Source: Octopus sinensis
Lineage: Eukaryota
DNA length: 64,000 bases
Assembly: GCF_006345805.1 (NCBI RefSeq)
Contig: NW_021835993.1
Coordinates: forward strand, 62,001-126,000
Direction: 5' to 3'
Numbering within the stretch: the stretch's first letter is position 1; each line of letters begins with the position of its first letter. Positions 38,691 to 52,071 of the stretch are shown one piece after another. The notes under the pieces were generated by a model that had not been told where the DNA came from, searched no databases, and worked only from the letters and a program-made list of their open reading frames with translations. The position numbers were made by a program, and so were the translations under genes.

Positions 38691-38739
38691 CTGGCCTTTT
38701 CTTTCTTATCATTTAATTAACAACATTTGAATAAAAAAG

Positions 38740-40374
38740 TCAAATCCTTAACGAGGCAAACTTGCCCACAATGTCGGCCAATTCGTCCGTCCGAGTGAAC
38801 TTTCTCCGATTTCTACAAATAGCCCGACACGACAACTTGGCAATGAAGACCTGAAACATTGGCACCAAATAAGGCGGAATGATGTCCCCAGACATGGACT
38901 TGCCACCAATCCGAGAAAGCAGTCCAGTCGGCTGTGACTCAACACACTGACCTGATCCCCCTCAGACTGGAGTAAGCACACACACCCACCCGCAGTAGTC
39001 CACACATCACCAGAATGTCATTGGCATTACCCACGGCGACCTCCCTCGAAGACATGACGAGTAAGTGAGTGAGGACGTGGTCTATGTACAATTGAGGGAC
39101 ACTACTGAATATGGCCTGCTGTGTGGGGGAGGGGGGCAGGCCTATGCACTCCTTCAACACCTCAATTCCCACAGAGGATGAGTCCCCCACCACTGCCTCC
39201 TCAAACTCGTCCTCACTGTCCAATTAAATGCATCCACAACTCGAATAGGCCAATCTGGTCGGACTTGAAGCCAAGATGGAATAATTTCTCACGCACTTGC
39301 TCAATTCCGGCCTCCCCCAACTCATTCCCGTTCAAGTTGAGCCTTCCACCAACAGGAGTCCCCCAAACCTCCAAAAAATGGAGTATGTGTGATGTGGACA
39401 GACCGCAGTGGCTAAAGTCCAGTGTCTAAACATATCACAACAGCCAGACGTCGAAATGTGCTTCTGAATAGGAGAAGGCCAGTCCGAAGGCGGGGAAAGC
39501 AACTCCCGGGTAGTTATCACTGATATTCAACGACTTTAGTCTGTTCATTCCATAAAGAGACTGACATGATTAGTGTGGTTAACCAAGGATAATAAAATGG
39601 CGCCAGTTTTGTGCATGTTGTTGTCAGAGACGTCCAGTGACTCCAACGTGGAGGACACCGAGGACAAGGCCAGGGACAAATGTCTGAATCCCTCGTCCAC
39701 CACCGAATTTCCCTTCAACTCCAAATTTCTCAGCCTCCTTAGTCTCTAGCACATTCTGGGGGGAAATTAATACGGAAATAATTCTGCTCATTTTGGCCGC
39801 CCCAGCATCCCCCAGTCTGTTTCTGGAAATATGAAAATTGACAATTTCAGAGGACTGAGTGAGCCAATACTCGTCCAACATCTGGGAGTGGCCCACCAAC
39901 CCAACCTTGGCACCCTCCGGTCCCAGTCCAGTGTTGTTGAGGTTGAGAGTCTCCAATTTGTGAAAGACCTTCGACTGGAAGTACTCCTGCAGTCCCGGGA
40001 GTGCCAAAGGACCGATTGCGTTGTCGGACAAGTCGACCTCCCGAATGGACTGGATGACTGACATGGACTGGCCGAGGAAGGTCTGGACTGATGGATGTGG
40101 CCTACCAGGGCTGCCGGGATCTCTGTGCTCGACCGGCGAGTGAACATGTTGGACAGGTTGAGGACTCGCAGTGACTTGCAGTGAAGGAGGGCCTCCGAGA
40201 TTTCCCTACAGGCATCGACGCTGTAGGAATTGCCGGAGAGACTGAGTGAGAGCAGAGTTGGACTGTTCTCTCGGATTTGCTCACATATTGGTTGTGCTGT
40301 CGATTAATTATATTTGTACCCTCCTCTGCGGTGTTGATGAATGCTCCCGAGTCAAAACACAGAGTCTCACACAT
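38740..40374 (-). CDS. RANGAP1: Ran GTPase-activating protein 1, copy A
   Basis: LRRs LSLSGNSY, LNLSNMFTRRSSTEIPAAL, VDLSDNAIGP, LNLNNTGLGPEGAK, ISRNRLGDAGA, LNGNELGEAG; short acidic DSEDEFEE; GLLR|SE C-domain. One 1-nt deletion near 38903 relative to copy B. Confidence 0.88.
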
Positions 40375-40439
40375 GATATGAAATATTAGTCTAATTAATT
40401 CAAAGTTATATAAATATTAATATAATAATAAATTAAGTG

Positions 40440-41136
40440 ATGGAGTGTATCTCGTGCTATGTGTCTGACAGTGACAGTCCTTCCAGCACGGAGGAGACGC
40501 CCTTCAAAATCCGTTCGGTTCCCCACGTGATCGGGAATTGGTCAGTTCACGTGTATATAGACTGCACTCAATGGGGAGGGAGGAGAGTGGTCCCCCACAA
40601 GTGGGAATGCGTGGACAGTCCCCACATCAGTCTCTCTCGGACTGTCTACACGACGAGGCAGTGCATCAACCCAATCTGCGAGTCCCTCCACCGGGTACTC
40701 TCCCTCCACTCACACTTCCACGTCAAACTCGACGACCAACTCACTTACTTCACCAACGACAGCCACAATCGGTTCCCAGAGAGTGCACATTCTTAGAGAG
40801 TTCGCCGCCCTGGTGGTTGTGGAGGGGACGCGGAGACTCGCCCAGCTGGTGGGGGATGTGGACAGAGTATTCCACAAGTACCAATTGGAGGAATACTACC
40901 AAGTGAGGGGGACTGTCATGTTTGCAGGACCCGACCTTCCACGTCAGTCTACTGTGGAGGAACAAAGGAAGGAAGGACTATTGCCTGAATGGATATGAGG
41001 TGGTGGTGGACTGTTATGGTAGGACATGATTGGGGAGTATTTGGGGGAGGAGTACTCCGTGAGGTATGTCCACGTCAAACTGGGTGGGAGACGACATTTT
41101 GTCATCCAATTGGCTACCAAACAGTCATTTGATTAA
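40440..41136 (+). CDS. USB1: U6 snRNA phosphodiesterase (2H family), copy A
   Basis: IRSVPHVIGNWSVHVYI and two HxS motifs (PHISLSRT; spliced YYQ|DPTFHVSLLW). Introns of 25, 25 and 23 nt. Confidence 0.88.
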
Positions 41137-41139
41137 TAG

Positions 41140-42141
41140 TTAATAACAATCCAAGACTAGATAAGTAGAATAGAGAAGGCATCCATTATGTACTGGGGGT
41201 GAAGGAGGACACACAACCTGCTGGTACCCCACCCGTGACTTTGTCCCCAACTGGGAGGGCCACTTGGAGAACACATCCCAACAGTCCATTACGATCTTCC
41301 TAATCAGACAGAACTGATCCAGTTTGACACTATTCCGTAGCACAGTGGCACAGAAGGCGGAGTAGTCGTGTGAACTGGAATGAGACGGGAGGAATACAGA
41401 TTGTAGCCCAGGGCAGTCCTCAACTCACCTGCATTGAGCACTACTCTGTCGGTCGAGTTGGCCGAGAAGAGGGTGACACATTCTGACACGTATTGCTTCA
41501 GTCGGACAAAGTCTTGCATGTTCAATTGGTCAGGACTTGGCTCGTGGGGAGTGAGGGATACCTGTGAGTGCAGAATCGCTTTACGAGTATCCGACATACA
41601 CGCTCGTCGAATGGACGCTTGTCTGAGTTGACGAGTGCGCTCTGCAATTCTTGGACGGATATCAATCCCGATCGGTTCACGTCGATCGACTGCATGTGGA
41701 CAAATAACCAATACAGTGAACCACGCCTCATAGGAGTCCTGGGAGTGTGAGGAGGCGGAGTAGGCAGTCGGACCCCCCATGTAGTTCTGTTGAGGGTTTG
41801 GAAAGTTTGAGGTGGGATAGGCAGGCGGTCCTCCCATGTAGTTCGGTTGTGGGTTTGGGAGGTTTGAGGTAGAATAAGCAGATAGACCTGGAATGTAATT
41901 CTGTTGGGGGTTTGGGCAGTATGACTGGTTGGGGTTCTGGAATTGTCCGGAAAACTGTCCGTGCGGGGAAGGGGGCTGGTATGGGTAGTTATGCGGATTT
42001 GCTATAACTTAATTGCAAATGACTACATGTGTTGGGGTTGTCGTAGGCAAAGTTGTAGGGCTGAGTAGAGCGGGGGAGTGAGTTGGGATTTCCACTTTGA
42101 TTCCATTGGTTATCGTACGGGCCACCACCAGGATTATTCAT
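41140..42141 (-). CDS. PEF1: Penta-EF-hand protein, peflin-like
   Basis: Long G/P/Y/Q/N-rich N-terminus with repeated YMGGP(P/T)AY, then AWFT|SIDVNRSGLISVQELQSALVN..FDERVCRIL and LNAGELRTAL. Confidence 0.75.
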
Positions 42142-43311
42142 TGATATTTTAATAGATTTGATTTAAATACACTTAATCATATCCAAACATCCAGGTGAAA
42201 TAATAGAAAAACGAGGGTTGCAATTAATGAGAACTTTATGGAGGCGCAGTTTGCCAAATTCACAATTTTTCCTCCGTCGCCTAATGAGGGAGCTCTTGAA
42301 GCTACAAGAAGGCCTTTAAAAGCAGCCGAAGCTAAAAGGATACGCCAATAAATACGGGCCATATATCTGGAGGCATTTCCTTAGATCAGGAAACCTTCCA
42401 TACAGCCCTGGGACTCTCTCCACACTCAAGTCGAAACATTCGAGGACATTTTTATCCGCCTAATATCATTCCATTGGGGGCTCTCCAGCACCTCCTGAGG
42501 TTTGGAGAGGCTAAGAAGTGTGCACGTCCGTGGTCTGATGTTTAGGGCCGCAGGGAAAACTTAATATGATCGTCAAAATATTTAATTGTGGGCGACATAT
42601 GCCCTTTCGCCTGGGATCTGATTTTTACTCATTATTCGCAACAAATATTCTGCCAAGTATTTTTTCTCAGAAATTTCGGTCTGAATAACTAAAAAACTTT
42701 CAAGTTTCAAAGAACATACTCGACATAGAATGATCCTAATCCTCTTTCTTCTTGATAAGTATTTCTTGCAGGTCGAAGATGTATTTGACGTTCCATTAAT
42801 TTGGATCGAATTATTCTATCAACTACTTGAAACAAAATAGCAAGAGGATTTGAAGATAAGAATTTCTTTTGCCACTTAAGGATATTTGGGTAATAATAGA
42901 CAACTAAGTGGATCCATTGTCTAAATAGAGATAAACTATTAACCTACTCTATTCAGAATTTGCCAAAACTTTATTGGCAGGTTCAACGGTCTTGTTTAAG
43001 TCAATCCAAACAGCAAACAACCATAATTCGTCATTTGATGCATAACAAAATCTCTTAGTCTCCATTCCATTGTATCCACAGAATCAGTAGAGGAAAGGAA
43101 TTGTTGAAAAAAGTGGTGTTGGCATTGTGGCTGAGTTTTCAAAACCATAATAAATCTGGACAAGTCCTGTCTTTTTATGGGTTTTATTGTATTTAGTGAT
43201 GCAGTCGAGGAATGGGGATTGAGGAACACCACGACTAAATTAATAAAATTATATTTTGATAGTGATTGAGTGATTGGTGAACGAATGGATTGTTGCTATA
43301 GCAACGTTATT

Positions 43312-43970
43312 ATGGTTGACTGAATGGTGGTCATTGCAGGGATTGATGAATTTTTTGACTCGATTCAGTTTCGGCCGAAAAAAGAATCTCAAGATTCTAA
43401 TGCTGGGACTCGACAACGCGGGAAAGACAACAATTCTCAAGACACTCGTCCTGGAAGACATTTCCACGACCTGTCCGACTCTGGTGGGTGGTCGCAGTCT
43501 GATTGCAGGGGTTCAACATCAAGCACGTGAAACAGAAAGGACTCAACATGACGGTGTGGGACATTGGGGGACAGAGGAAGATTCGGCCGTATTGGCGGAA
43601 CTATTTGGAGAACACGGATGTGATGGTGCAGTTGGGGGGTCATTGTAGATATACGTCATCGACAGCACTGACCGGAAGAGACTGGAGGAGAGTGGTTATG
43701 TAAGTCCCCGACTGATTCCAGGAGTTGTTCGAAATCCTGGACGAGCAGATGCTGAGGAATGTGCCTGTGCTGGTGTTCTGCAATAAACAGGATCTGGTGA
43801 CTGCGTGCCAGACTGACGAGATTGTGAGGTCGCTCAGTCTGTGCAACCTGAAAGGGCATGCCTGGCAAGTCCAGCCTTGTTCTGCCAAAGCAAACGAGGG
43901 TTTAAAGGTAGTCCCCGATTAGTGTCTGTAGGAGGGGTTTGACTGGATTCTCCAGGTCATGAAGAGGTGA
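43312..43970 (+). CDS. ARL3: ADP-ribosylation factor-like GTPase 3
   Basis: Six exons (3, 144, 117, 51, 186 nt and a last exon) with introns of 25, 25, 23, 22 and 24 nt. Motifs [12 protein letters not shown]|[31 protein letters not shown]. Confidence 0.95.
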
Positions 43971-44067
43971 CTCAAATAAATATTCTACTTATTTTTTAAT
44001 TAACGGCCGTGACTACTGGTGGCCATTCTAAGACAAAATCATCTGTTTAAGCCATAAATAAATCCAA

Positions 44068-45941
44068 TTAGGCAACCTTAACTTGGGTATCAGTATAAAC
44101 CACTGCCTCAAACACCCACTTTTGTGAACCGTCCCCCGAACAGTCCGACAATTTGACCTCGAATTCCCCATCCTTGGCAAGACATCGAACTTTGGTCCCT
44201 TCAACATATTTCAGCAAGTGAGTCCCCTTGGAATAGAACAGGAGCGACAGACTGAGTCATAACTCCACGGCCCTTCCCCGAAGTAGTGATAGTCCAGTCG
44301 CATGACGGCGTCGTCCTGGGAGTACAGTCCCCTCTCCGACACCCCAATGTGTCCTCTCGAGTCCAGTCGGAAATACTACCACCTCCCTCAGCCAGTCAAC
44401 CATGTTCATGCAGGGCAGTTCAGGACAGCGGGCGAGACTAGCACGACTGTTGACATCCTCATTGCCCGAAGTGAGACACAATGTCGAGTCCACCAACCGA
44501 ATCTGAGGAGTCAGACTACGTGCACACATTTCCGAAATGGATGTTCTCATGAGGGTACGGGTAGCTGTCCAGTAAGAAAGGGGCCACGTCTTTCATAAAC
44601 CAGGAGAAGGATTTGCACTGCAGTCGATTCTTCAATGCAATCTGGTCCCTCACATCCACACTGAACCCATCCAATTCGGGATGTCGTCGATAAAAGTATT
44701 TCCTGTGCTCCTCATCAAACCAGGTGTCGACCACACGTTTGTGATTCTGTGTGTTCTATAAAGTTCTCGAATACTCCACCAGGTCAGACAAAGGGACTTG
44801 AGAAGTGTATTTGCTACTCGCCGTGGATCGTCCAGGACCGCGGTAAACGTGACCAATGCGGGAACAGGGAACCCACAACACAGCCCCATGACACATCCAC
44901 ACTTTGAAGGACAGTTCGTATTGCTCTCCTCCCCAGACAAGCAGTCCCTGGTCATAGTACCCCAATTCTTTAAAGAAGTGTCGATCAATTGCCAACAACC
45001 CCCCTGCATGGGTGGGAGAATGGTATGGCTCGCTTGACAGTTTTCCTTTCTGGAGGGGCAGATTGGCCTCCTTGTAGAAGAATCCCCACTCAAATATGCC
45101 CACGGGATTGTCACGGGAGGAGTAGACAGAAGAATACTCGAACGTGGCCCAGTCAATCCCATCGATGACAGGCACAGCAATCGCCCGACTGAATGTCATT
45201 CTCGATTATACCTGTTCTCCTTTATTACCGAAAGAAGAGGTGGCAGCCAGTTTGTGTTGACTTCGCAGTGAGCATCCAGGAAGATGACGACCTCCCCCAA
45301 GGCAGCCTTCGCTCCCCTCGTCCTCGCTGCGATTAGTCCCTCATTCTCCTTGTTTCGAATCATCCGCACGAGTCCTCCATACTCCAACACCTTCAGTTGG
45401 AAACTAGTCACCAAAGCCTCTAAATAATCGAATTATGCACACGACCGTCGGATGTTCCGTCGTCCACCAAAATGACTTCTTTCAGCAAATTGGGAGGGCT
45501 TCTGTCGATGATGGAAGTCACTGTTCTGAACACCACAGAGAGCGACTCGTAATAAAACACCAGAATGACTGAAGCTGTGGGCAACTCTTCCGGGTAGTCC
45601 CAGAATTTGCATCTGTGAATGAATATACATTCGTACTCCTCATTCCGCGTGTCCAATATTGTTCTGTTTAGAGCAATCATTCTACTTATCTCGTCCTTGT
45701 AGCCAAATGGATAGGAGGGGGCCTCCGGGTTCGTCTTAACCCCTCTCCCATTCTCCCCCGGGCCACTTTGAAATGCAATTTCCTGCGGTTCGTAGTTGCC
45801 ATACACACCATGGTGGTAGGCTGGTGATAGGACTGGGTGGGTCGAGTGTCTGAGAAGTGTCAGACTAAAGACGGCCACAACTGATAGTATCACGATTGAT
45901 ATCTTTTTTCGGAAGCTCAGGAAACCAAACACACGAAACAT
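44068..45941 (-). CDS. Polypeptide N-acetylgalactosaminyltransferase, GALNT7/PGANT7-like
   Basis: N-terminal [88 protein letters not shown]-terminal ricin-type QKW. Confidence 0.93.
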
Positions 45942-46718
45942 TGATAACAAATTTAAATACTTGTCCAACTAAATAAATTAATAAATCAAAATACTCTCAA
46001 CGTAGATGACTCAATCAGAACGTAAGAATTGTAATATGAAAGAAAGTATGTGGATTGAGTAGAACGTGGGTTGATTGACATATCCGTGTCAGCAGAGTGG
46101 AGTCGATAAAAAGACTTTAACGGAGGAGGTGGACAATAAACTGACTCTAAGAAGTGGACAGGAAGATTCAATTGGATGTCTTTGTTAGCCCTTGTGATGA
46201 GGGAATACCTGCAAGAGTAGACCGCTCTTTACGTTTCTCCTTTTATAATTCTTAATTTTACAAACCAGGTTCTCAACCATTTTTGGCTCAAGGGCCAGAT
46301 CGATCATTTTTTCAAAAATAACGACTTGAATCGAGAGGCAGTCTCCGTGGAGAATTGAGACCGAGACGCCTGGAAGAGAATCGATACTTATGAGTACAAA
46401 AATATTTTATTAATTCGTGTACGAATATCAAGAATCAGATCAGGCCAACATCCCCTCCTCACTCCCAGATGACCTCTTTCCATTCCCTAAGCAATCTCAG
46501 TCGTCTCATCGCACTTCGTGACCTTTACTTGCTGTTGATTTTTTTAAATAGGAAAACCGGGGATCAACTAACTAACTAAACGTTCCCCAATAAGGACAAT
46601 GACATGAATTGGTGAAACAAGATCAATTATGGGGCTAATCAAATGATATAAACTACATGTTTAACAATCGCAATATAATCCACTGCTATTTGTGAATTTA
46701 CTTATAACACGAAGCATA

Positions 46719-47700
46719 TTAGACAAGCATATCAGCAAAAAAGTCATCAAACTCCTCCTCCCTAAACGTGGACAGACACCCCAACCTCGTCTTGTCGTCC
46801 GTCAGTACGAGTGGGCCACGCCAAATGGAGTTGTCCTCCTCGGGCTCACGTTCCTCGACTGCCTTCACTTGTTCTGGCTCACTGGCGGGTTCCTCCTTGA
46901 CTTGTGGTCTGATGACTTGTCGGTGCTTTCGGTGGTAGTTCAACAACTCCGAACAGTCGACGCACAGTCCTGTGGACATTACCCAACATGTCACTCAGTT
47001 TGATCAATGCCTGCTTCTGAACGGCCTCCTCCGTGTAGACAAAGTTGACTTCCCAACTGCGAAGTCCATCCTGGCGAGTACATCGAAGTGACCCGCATAT
47101 GAACTGTCCTTGAAGTACAAGAGGGGAGGATACCCTTCCCGTCGATGACCTCCGCCTCCGTCCTCCACCTCATCCCGATCTACCGTCACCCACCCCTCTC
47201 ACTTTGTTGTGCTTGTAGTGCTTCAGGTTGGCCAGACAGTACTCGTGGTATAACTTGTCGTAGTACTTCTTGGCTAGTTTCTTTCCCCTGGGAGTATAAA
47301 CAGACAACCAACCAAGTATCCACTGCCTCGTCCTCGTCCCACAAAAACTTGTGATTTTCCTTAATTGTGTCCAAATCCGACTTGAAGGCCCCCACTCTAC
47401 ACGTCAGGCCAATTCCTACTCCTTTCGCTGATAGGGGCCCAGTGTCCCTCCGTGGTAACGAAAGTAGTCATTCACGAGTTGTTTGTGTCGGGAATACTGG
47501 GAATGATGGTGAGGCATTACAGCATCCATGCTCATGTATTTCGCACGAATCCCCTTCGCAGGTCTGAGTTGGTCATCGACGAGATACCTTTCTAAGTCGA
47601 CGGTTTGCGTCCGCCGTTTTCTTCCAAAGTCGTCCACCAAGTCTGCCTTTCGTCTAATTGTGTATTTTATTTGCTACTTTGATTTATTCGTTGAATCCAT
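46719..47700 (-). CDS. FRA10AC1: FRA10AC1 spliceosome-associated protein
   Basis: YSRHKQLVNDY, SDLDTIKENHKFLW, W|GKKLAKKYYDKL, MRWRTEAEVIDGKG, LCVDCSELLNY, terminal EFDDFFADMLV*. Confidence 0.9.
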
Positions 47701-47879
47701 TTCCTTTAAAGTTGAATTAAACTTGCATGCTACCCAACAAAACACTTTTTGAATATTAATTATTATATTTGTAATACTCCTCTCATTTATTAGAATTACA
47801 AATATTGTTATTTAAAAAGAATGAAAAAACAAACAATCTTCTGAGTGAACTATCGGGGAACAGAGGGAATCGGAAGGGA

Positions 47880-48935
47880 TTGACAAAACATATTCGGGAA
47901 AGGGTGGCACATGTGAGGTAACTTTACTAACGTTGTTTTGCGGTGTGTTTATTAATAATAGTGTCGGAGAGGCCGACGAATACCTCAAAAGTCGATAAAG
48001 TCAACTCAAAAATAAATAATTATTTTTTCATAAAAATATTAGAAATACAATTTCGAAGTTTTTTAGGTCAACTTTGTCAATTTTTGTGTCATTTTTTAAT
48101 TTTCCGTCTTAATATTTTTAAAAAATATAAATATCAAATTTTGAGCCGCACCGACTTATTTAATTGTTGTTATGTTTTCTAAGTCGAAAAAATGGTACTT
48201 TTTGTAATAAATAATGAAAAATAATTAAAATCTATTGTTTATACGTCAAGATTTATACATTGACTAAAATTGTAGATTACCCTAAATCCTACTGAAGCAT
48301 TTGTATCAGCAAATATTTCCTTGTATGAACTAAGGAATACTGGGTTAATCAATTTTTTCAATACTCAGAATTCAAATGTCGAAATAATGTCAAAATTTTG
48401 GTAGAACGACGTGTCGATGAGATAATCAGCTTGTTAATTAACGAAAAGATGTTCTTATTTGTGAATATATTCTTACTGGGAAAATAACGGATACTCAAAT
48501 CAACTAAACCTTATCCCCTAAAACGGAAACCATATTGATTCGGAGAGCAATGAAATCAATTAAAAATAAAGGACTTTTTAATGATTTAAAGGAGATATGG
48601 AATAAATATTTCCCCACTCGTTGATGTTCTTAGTGAAATTGACTCGATTTAAAAGAAGATACATGTAAAATAAATGAATATAACGAGAAGAGATTGAACT
48701 CGAATGAAATTCTAAAAATTGTCAACGGAGATGGAATTTTTTAGCCTTTGGAAAAGTTTAAACTACTCCAGTGTCAGGCTACTGGGTGTTCGGTGGAGCC
48801 CTTGTTTTAAGTTTTTCATACAATTTTGGCCAAAGACCAAAATTTTAAAACTGAAAAAGTCAAATATTATATGATTGTATATAATTGTTGTTTCTAGAAA
48901 AAATTATTGCTTAAAATTTATCTGTAAAACTTCTT
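47880..48935 (+). mobile_element. Decayed DNA transposon remnant (hAT-like C-terminus)
   Basis: AT-rich with broken peptide TPVSATGCSVEPLF..HNIL.KDQNFKTEKVKYYMIVY. Weak evidence. Confidence 0.35.
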
Positions 48936-48940
48936 TTTAT

Positions 48941-49073
48941 GATCAAACTGAGTGACATCCTGGGTAATGTCCCAGGACTGTGCGTCGACTGTTCGGAGTT
49001 GTTGAACTACCACCGAAAGTCAAGGAGGAACCCGCCAGTGAGCCAGACCAGGTGAAGGCCGCCGAGGAACGTG
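48941..49073 (+). pseudogene. Inverted partial duplicate of FRA10AC1 (exon end, intron, exon)
   Basis: Matches the reverse complement of ~46846-47005 (caggactgtgcgtcgactgttcggagttgttgaactaccaccgaaag identical), with a ~24-nt internal deletion and a few substitutions. Confidence 0.9.
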
Positions 49074-49082
49074 GACATTTTG

Positions 49083-51357
49083 GTCAACTTTCCTCTTTTT
49101 GAATCAATTTTGTTGACTTAATGGAGGTCAATTTTTGCTTTTCTGGACAACTTTGTGGTTGCCCTACTTATAAAATTTGAGCTAAAATGTTGTGTGATTC
49201 ATTACCAAGTCAAATAAACAGGTGAACCAACCTAACCTAAGACAGAGGGACGGTTTTCCCGTGTGGTTGTGACCAAGAGTGATAGCGAGGGTTATCAACT
49301 GGACTGATATATCAACCACTTTTTGATAGCCCGGGGGTGACGCCATTAGTAAAATTAAAGTCCAATTAGTAATAGTTTAATTTCCACTGAAATGTGTGGA
49401 AATGTCCCTGAAGCATCTGGAAATCTTGTGGAGAATATGAATTGCCGAGTCGAGAGATTCAATGTTTTTGGAGGCAATCATTTTGTTGACCAGTTGCCCA
49501 AACGCTCGAATTTCTAAAATAGGGAGAACTGGAGAACGAGAGGCGGCGATGGACATATCCGTGGTTATCCCCGAGTTCTCCTGCTCAGTGTAATTGACGA
49601 ACTCTCCAATCAGTGATAAACAGCAGTTTGCTCGCTGGTAGGCATATCCACAAGTCTTGATGATTGCGATGGGCGAGTCTCTTTTCTCGAAATGACGTGT
49701 CACCTCCTCCAACTGTGAGGCTGCGACTAAATCTGGGAGGCCAACCACAGACGGACAGGAACTGGGCAAAGTCGAGAGCGTCGAGTCCCAGGGTAACTGA
49801 ATAGCGGAATTGGTTTCGCCAGAGTTGTACTGCTTTGGTCATTTCCTCTGATTTGCCACAAGACAGGACATTCTCCATGAGGACTTCCAACGAGCCAATC
49901 GACCGAATCAGTTTGAGGGCGACTGGGAGTGAGGACAGGTGGCCAACCGTCCTTCTTTGTGCTGGTGATGGCCAGGAAGTAGAGGGCGTTGAGGAGTTCT
50001 TTATTGAGAAGTCTGACGGAAGTGGATTGTGAGTCCCAGTCTTCTTCCTACCATCCAAACACACCACCACCGATTTCAACAACTGGTCGACTTGTTCCAC
50101 TGGCTGGGGAATGCGGAAGACCAGGTCCACCATTTTGTGGCAGGTAAGGAGTGAGAGGTTGTCGCGGAGTGTGGAGAAGAGGGTGTAGAGGGTGTTGAGG
50201 GACTTGATGCTGGGGGTGAGGACGAGAGCCAACCTGATGAACTCGTCCTTGGCCTGGAGAGAGGAGTAGGTGGAGGACTTGACGACCTGCGTGATTGAAT
50301 AATGGCACTTGTTGGCATGTGTGGAGAATAGTCAGTCTGAGTGTGTCATCTGTGCACTGACTGGTCATGAAGATGGTGATGGGGACTGTCCGCTCGATTA
50401 TTTCCCGTAGTTGGAGTGACTTGACCATGTAGGACGCCGACTCGTTCATGGAGACAATCTCCCTCAACTGCAGTCAGCCACTCACCCCACCTTTTCGTGA
50501 CACTGACTGAAGATGGCCGCATTCCGTGGACAGTAGTCGTTGTAGTAGTGCTTGTGCTTGTACGACAGGGCCAACTGTCGCAGATTCTTCTTCATTTTGG
50601 CCAATATCAAATCCACGTGACCCTGACATGTCGGACGAGTATTACTTGACATGTGTCGTCGAAAGGGGATAGGGTTGTGTAGTTGGACACACTGTTCATC
50701 AGTTGGATGATTCCCGCCAGGATATTTGATATTTTGGCAGACTGGTTGATTGAGAGGAGTTCCTTCTGTCGAGTTTCGGCGTCCCGAATGACCTGCATGA
50801 TCATTCCCTTGAATTCCTAGACGTCGCCCAAGTCCCTTGCCTCGAAGGACGCCCTGCAGAACTTGCCCCCCAACAGACTCCGCTGAATGAGTGCCGAACT
50901 GTGAGCACAGCGCAGTGCAAACACTCTGCACTTCTTGTCGTCCATCAACAGGAGGATCTACCAATCACGACACCCCCAACGTGTGATATCGATATTACAA
51001 TCTTCTTGTTTGTCTCAAACAGTCTTCCAATGTCCAACTCCGACGTGTTCGTGGACAGTCCCTCCAACAGGGAGTCCAATATTCGGCATGCCTTCGACGT
51101 CTCCTCTGCCAGAATCTGCGAATGACCCATATGGACGACCGGGTCTGCTTTCGAGGTGTCGACAAGTGCGATTTCGGTTATTTTTTTAGCCGACTGGATG
51201 ATGGAGTAGAAAGCCGATGCCTCTGTGCCTGCTTTTCCGCTTTTGCTGTCAAAAGTCTTGATCCAGAATTCGCACATCTGGAATGTTGGATTAAATACTT
51301 TCATATAAATTGGGTCGACAATTTTTGGAGGGTCTTCAGTTCGTAGCCGCAGTCCAT
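49083..51357 (-). CDS. Divergent vinculin/alpha-catenin superfamily protein, multi-exon
   Basis: Helical-bundle peptides KTLQKIVDPIY (cf. TVERLLEPL), LLLMDDKKCRVF (cf. LLTFDEAEVRKI), IRDAETRQKELL (cf. MIDERQQELT). Ends approximate. Confidence 0.5.
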
Positions 51358-52071
51358 TGCTCTACATTGGAGTAGTCAGGGGAGGAGGGCAGTCAGTAAA
51401 ATAATATATTTGCAGCATTTAAACATACCCGATTACCAAGTTCTGAGTTTAAATAAATGTATTTCATTTTGGGCCATATAAATAATTAACTAACAAATTA
51501 AATAAATATAAATTAACAAATAAATGTTCCATTATCCTTTTTATAGCAGCTCGTGATGTATTAGCTTAAAGTAAATAGGATCAGAGCAAAGGAGACCTGA
51601 ATGTAGAGAGAATTCAACTTTGGAGTAGTTGGTCTATTCTCAACCATCGTCATGGATACAGAAAATCGAATTTGACAAGGTGGCGAGTGCACTACTATTC
51701 AGAGAGAGAACAATGGCGAGTATTTGCTCGTCCAGCAGCCTTAAATAGTCCCCCACTTATTCGATTGATTGGGAGAGGAGTGTTCTAAATAGTGGGGTTT
51801 TATTTCTATAAAGTAGGGCATGTATGCGGAAAGTTGCGGGCTGGAGTTGGCCTGTTCTGTTCTCGCATAGTTCATTGGCATATTCGTGAATAATTAGTTA
51901 ATTGGGTTCGTCAACAGAAACCCCTCAACAGCCCTATGGCCACCACAAGACCAGTCCTCCGGCAATCTGAGGACCAACTAAATCAAGGAAACTAGCCAAT
52001 CCCCCTAATGGTACCCCAAAGTAGTACTCGACATGCTTATAAATACATCTCGGATTATATATTAGAATTTG

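Larger units (their letters stand above)
28705..40872 (+). repeat. Segmental duplication copy A (part matched inside the window)
   Basis: Sequence from attatttaatcaagttatatt at 28705 recurs at 53286 and stays colinear to the window end with scattered substitutions and indels. Confidence 0.97.
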
